A DNA stretch of 64,000 bases, from contig NW_027191405.1 of assembly GCF_041146345.1 (NCBI RefSeq), positions 1,860,001 through 1,924,000 on the forward strand, written 5' to 3'. Below, piece by piece: positions 59,142 to 64,000 of this stretch. Below the pieces are notes generated by a model that worked only from the letters and a program-made list of their open reading frames with translations, was not told the origin of the DNA and searched no databases. Source of the DNA: Neodothiora populina (Eukaryota). The position numbers and the translations under genes are program-made. Positions within the stretch are counted from its first letter, which is position 1. Every line of letters begins with the position of its first letter.

Positions 59142-60923
59142 ATGTCTCCGACTTCGGCATCTCCAAGTCAAGTGCCGCAGGTGCGCCGGACTGCTCGAGC
59201 TTGTGATGCCTGTAAGCTGAGAAAGGTCAAATGCAATGGACAAGAACGATGTCAGCAATGCAGCCATCTCAATCTACGATGCGTTTACTCTATACCCAAA
59301 CCGCGGACCAAATCATTGAAGCGTGGCCAGCTCATAGCCAAGTATAAGGAAGCCACGATAACAAAAGAAGTGTATGAAAGTCAAGCAGAGCAGACGACAA
59401 AGACTACTCGACCGATCTCGAGTCGGCAGGAGAATCAGATCATACCTGCTGCGACCTCAGGTCTATCTGATTCGCCATCAAGTTTTGCTGCATCTAGCCC
59501 TCAGCATGATACGTCTTTTTTCTATAACTTTCTTCATGATTATGAGGTTTCGGTCTATCCTGTGAACCCTATCATCACCGTGGACGAGGTACGGCAAGCT
59601 ATAGACGAGAGAAACATCAATCAAGAAGCACGCGCTTTTGTCTTTGCTTATGTGGCTGTAACCATCAATCTGACTGGATATTCAACTGAGCGCGCTAGCG
59701 ACACGACAGCACAAGTGGAGTTCTGGTCTTTTAAGGCTGCGAATGCTAGAGGACCACCTCTGCCGGGTAGCAAAGCTAATGTACGAAAGATCATGACAAC
59801 GCAATTTCTTCACATCTGCCTTATGGGACTTCGCGACATAGATATGGCATTCTACTATCTCCGCGAGTCGATCAGCATGATACAAATGCTGAAGATCTAT
59901 CATCCTGAAGCAGTGCATACCTTGTCCCTGCAGGAACGCGCTCGTAGACAGCGATTGTACTGCGAAGCCTTTGTACACGAAAGGTACCTTGCTATCCTGG
60001 ACTATCGACCAATAGTATTGCCTCCCCCCAACCACATGCCGGAAGATGACCCATCGCTCAGCCCTTCAATCCATGAAGGCTTCAAACAAATCATCAGAAT
60101 CTTCCAGCTGATTGATCATGAATTTGTGGGAAATTGGCTTGGCAGTCATGGTGGCAATGCCGTCGTGACATCCGCTTGGATCGAGAACAAACAGAAAGAG
60201 ATTGATGCAGAGCATGCTGGAGATGATGAGCAAGTGTCTCGCCTCAGCGAATTGCAACAGGCAGATCTTATTATCACCAAGCATTGGTTGCGCACGCTAG
60301 TATGGCAGATGGCCATGTCAAAATGTTTGTTGAGCTCGGCAGCTTCTAAAGAGTCAATGTCCCTACTTTTTCCCGTCAGATTGTCGAAGCAGCTGCGATC
60401 TCTGGTATGCAAGATCTCTCGCCAATCTGTTGAGATACATGGGTCCGGAATCCAACAGAAGTTGTTTGAATTGACCGACACCATTGCAAACGTGGTAATC
60501 ACTGTTCCGGCGAGTACGGTCGAAGAGACAGCCGGTAGAGTCGATGACTTCATGTTTTTGGTACATTACTTTTTCTCTTTGCCACGGTTTGATCCGATGC
60601 GAAGGGATATTCTGCAGAAAAAGCTTGAAAAATTACAGTCAATGTTTCCTTATTCCGCCAATACGCCAGACTCTACCCTACCAGCGGGAGTAATTGAAAG
60701 AGACGATAGGGAAGAGGATGATCCATGGCTCGGTGTAATAAAGGGCAGTAACATCAGAGGTTATAACGGAGGATTTCATGATGGACTGAGTCCTCAGTCA
60801 CCCCTCGACCGACCTCCTCAAGCACCAGCAAGAATGTGGCAAGACGTGACACGACGTCTTTCACTTGCGCCTGCAGCCTACAATGAGCATGTTCCAGGAC
60901 CACACATGTTCCAAACCCATTGA
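59142..60923 (+). CDS. malR: Zn(II)2Cys6 transcription factor, MalR/Mal63-like cluster regulator
   Basis: ACDACKLRKVKCNGQERCQQCSHLNLRCVY binuclear cluster and a fungal TF middle domain (QQADLIITKHWLRTLVWQ..VEIHGSG). It sits next to the maltase and permease. Confidence 0.82.
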   Translation: MSPTSASPSQVPQVRRTARACDACKLRKVKCNGQERCQQCSHLNLRCVYSIPKPRTKSLKRGQLIAKYKEATITKEVYESQAEQTTKTTRPISSRQENQIIPAATSGLSDSPSSFAASSPQHDTSFFYNFLHDYEVSVYPVNPIITVDEVRQAIDERNINQEARAFVFAYVAVTINLTGYSTERASDTTAQVEFWSFKAANARGPPLPGSKANVRKIMTTQFLHICLMGLRDIDMAFYYLRESISMIQMLKIYHPEAVHTLSLQERARRQRLYCEAFVHERYLAILDYRPIVLPPPNHMPEDDPSLSPSIHEGFKQIIRIFQLIDHEFVGNWLGSHGGNAVVTSAWIENKQKEIDAEHAGDDEQVSRLSELQQADLIITKHWLRTLVWQMAMSKCLLSSAASKESMSLLFPVRLSKQLRSLVCKISRQSVEIHGSGIQQKLFELTDTIANVVITVPASTVEETAGRVDDFMFLVHYFFSLPRFDPMRRDILQKKLEKLQSMFPYSANTPDSTLPAGVIERDDREEDDPWLGVIKGSNIRGYNGGFHDGLSPQSPLDRPPQAPARMWQDVTRRLSLAPAAYNEHVPGPHMFQTH

Positions 60924-63900
60924 TCTCAGGACTTGGATTGCCGTCCGGGACACCTCTGCGACAATCCTCCTCAGATTTTACATTTGCTTTCTGGACAGCC
61001 TGTTGCTCAGTGCCAAGCAAAGAGCCACTCTAGACGCGTAGATGTCAGGAAACCTTCAAGGTATCCACAACTGACATGGCCTCTGTCCCATCGAGACTGC
61101 ACGCCGAAGTAAAGACAGCGCGCCGATACATACACCATACCCAATGCCCACGTTTCAACATCTCTACTGGCAACGAGGCAGACATTGAAAGTAACATACG
61201 AGGCTTGAGGGTTCCTAAGCCATGAACGCTATGTTGCAGACCCTATATGTGCAGTGCTAGCGAGACAATTGGACATGAGTCAACCGACGTCATGTACGAT
61301 CACAATTTTATTCCGTACACAGCATGCTTGCCGTAAACGCGGGATCGAACAAAGAACTCCTGTCACTTCGAGTCAGGAGTGAAACTATTCGCTCACGGGA
61401 TATCATATGTTCATGCTATCACTCGAGGCCCGTACCCGATATCAAGTATTTGAGATACTCCCACGAAAGAGTCATGCGGCTATGACCGTCGAAGTCTGAA
61501 ACAGGCGGAGTATTGTCGACAATTAGATCAGCACACGTGGGCATTATCGCACCGGACATGATCATCTGAAAGGTCAAGCAGATGCGAAGGAGTTATTGTC
61601 TACGACGAGACGACGTAGTGATGGATTGAATTTCTGGCATTATTCTGATATCTGACAAACAATGCGACAGAGCCCATTGTACTCGCTGCTCACCGCAACT
61701 TCGCAGATAGTCCATGGTCCCCGTTCGCCCTTGTGGCGATAGGGAGAATCCGGAGTCAGGAAAACAATGGAAGTCAAGTAAAGGTGTGCACCGCTGATAA
61801 TATTTCCATCACACCCAAGAGGCGCGTCGGCGAGTAAGCGTGTGGCGGATCCTATCTCCGGATAGCCAATACACCTTTCTCATGCCGTCAAAGTACTTGG
61901 GTACAGGTTTATTCGCAATAGGCTGCCTGCCGGAGCTAGCTACTTACCGTAGTCGGATTTCCGGTGGGCACTAAAAAATATGTACTGTACAACTGTGATC
62001 GAAATGTTTGCCACGAGGAACAACAAATTGTCCTCGGTACTTGCAGCCATTATAGTGATCATTATTCCTTGCTGCATGCATAGGGCGCGGATTGAAGCAC
62101 TAATAGAAATAGTTGTTAAACAAACGATATAATGACATTTCTTACAAATGAGTTATGCTACTCATCAGATCGTCCTATACGCATCCACAACTGATCCTAC
62201 ATGCCCGCGAATCGCGACCCAAAGCTCTTCCATCTGACCAAGATGTCAAGTCAGCAAGATTCCGATTGGGCATCAGTGGGTTGTACGAAAGGATACTAGA
62301 GGTAAGGTATATTTGTATTCTTGTTTCTCGAATGGCAGCGGGAAGGAGATGAACGAGTAATGCATATAAAGTTTTTCGCTTCCGAGCGGCTTTATTTGCC
62401 AGGTCTGTCGGCTCCTACCTTTAGCTCCCCTCGCTACTTGTACGGTGGCTGAGAAGCCAAGATTTGTAGGCGATTGAAGGGGAGTTGGTGATCGATTGAT
62501 GGGATTGTGATGATCGTTGCTTACCTTCTGTGATGGGGATCAGGTGTCATGCGCATCTTCAATGTCACTGTTGTCCCTTTCGGGATTGATATCCTCAAGC
62601 CGACGAGCTAGATCTCGCAAGTGCGGCTGTGGCAGTGTCTATCTCCCGATTGGGTATAAAGTCCGGCCAGTGGAGCAAAAGTACCCTTACAGGGACAAAA
62701 CTATGCGACGATGTGCACTGTTTTCTGGCAACGACGGAAGGCGGTGTGTTGCCACTCCATTCAAGACTGAAAAGCAGGCTAGCGCCGGGCATGCTATTTG
62801 GCTAGCGAACGGCAGCGTGAGTTGAGGGAGGGTCAGGGAAGGTGGGCGATAGCGACGGTGCGATCTCGATAGGATCAGAGAGACATCTGAATTGTAGAAA
62901 TAGTTCCGAGTCCGACGACACTCATAGAAACCACAGATCGGTCAATGTCAATGATTCTAACCCTCGCCAGTCTTGCGGACGTGGCTATCGCGTCTCCTAA
63001 GAGATATGGCACCACATTCCAGACATCCTGCTATGGGGTGGCTGGAGTCCATCTCGCGCGTATGTATCCCAAGATCTAGGGACGTCTTTTTTTATAGTCA
63101 CGGGTGGCTAAGTGATAAGACACAATCATCACATGGTCCTCGAGCAATTGGAGGGCTTCATGAAAGTCCAGCGCAGGGCGGAAGAACAGGCATTGCCTAC
63201 GCCGTTGGTTTCGGAAGGCTAGCAAGGAGGCATCAAGCAAGCAGGGCTTTTCGAGATAGACAACATCAGCAGTCGCAACTCTTCAGGCAACAGGAGCATA
63301 CCTTACCTCTCAGCGATGAGACATCCACACAAGCCCGTTGATATACACGTCTCCGATCGCGCCAGCCCGGTATCCTTGTGCCGGGTTCTCACCATGAAGT
63401 GTGTTTCAACCTGAGTCGCGACCAGGGAAGCTTCAAACAAACGGGGGACGCGGCGCTGGCCGGCTTCTTCAACCTCTCTCTGTCCCTTGTACGACCGCGC
63501 GACCAGAATATATGGATGACCGTTGGGTATGACACAACCAAGCCCGTCATGTTACACGAAGAAAACTGTGGGAGTTGAGGAAACCCGTCGTGCAGCATGA
63601 TCTGAATCAGGATCTTGCAGCTGTTGACTTTTTTGAACGCTTGCCTCAAACGCTCAACGTCAACGGTCTTGCCTTAGGTAGATCTATGGATTCTATCTAT
63701 CTTGCTCAGCTCGAACGTTCACGGAGATTCCTTCTTTTCTGATCTTCTGCGATTTGAGAAGCATACAGTAAATGCTCGGCAACGTTTCCGGAGACGCGTT
63801 TCTTGTTGTTACTAAGTTACGCTTGGACGTGGACGCTATGCCGGAATTCCGAGTAAGGGAAGAAGTTGTGGCTAGTGATCCTGTGTAGCAAGAGGCTGGG

Positions 63901-64000
63901 TGTTTTGATTGCTGGTGCTGAGCAACGCGCGCTCATGCCGCATGAGATGGAGACAAGTCCGAGACTTTCAGAGCGAGCAGGTACGTTGATAAGATAGTAT

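Noticed and set aside
1..64000. tRNA, rRNA, CRISPR arrays, transposons, RIP-degraded repeats
   Set aside because: No cloverleaf, spaced repeat array, transposase/RT motif, terminal repeat or AT-rich block recognised by eye. tRNAscan-SE, Infernal and RepeatMasker would be needed to exclude them.

Overview
Eukaryotic DNA from a filamentous ascomycete (Pezizomycotina, inferred from short GT-AG introns with CTRAC-type branch points and from gene content). I built about 22 intron-containing gene models by hand. The window has four parts. (1) 0.7-21 kb: two orphan genes followed by conserved genes (stomatin-like SLP-2, U1-type Zn finger, HIR1, an MFS transporter, VPS9, an ASNSD1-like protein). (2) 21-36 kb: an accessory block with a small secreted protein, a self-sufficient CYP505 P450-reductase, an epoxide hydrolase, a CalB-type lipase and two divergent cell-surface genes. 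(3) 36-49 kb: a microsatellite-rich block with an Iec1-like C2H2 protein, a small membrane protein, the NDR kinase Cbk1/COT-1 and a coiled-coil protein. (4) 51-61 kb: a secreted GH31 alpha-xylosidase next to a MAL-type cluster (permease, GH13 maltase, Zn2Cys6 regulator). The most striking signals are a single in-frame UGA-C stop between the small membrane protein and a 306-codon open continuation (candidate stop-codon readthrough), the putative lipase/P450/epoxide-hydrolase lipid-oxidation cluster, and the alpha-xylosidase abutting the MAL cluster. I recognised no tRNA, rRNA, CRISPR or transposon. All homology calls come from remembered motifs; no database searches were run.
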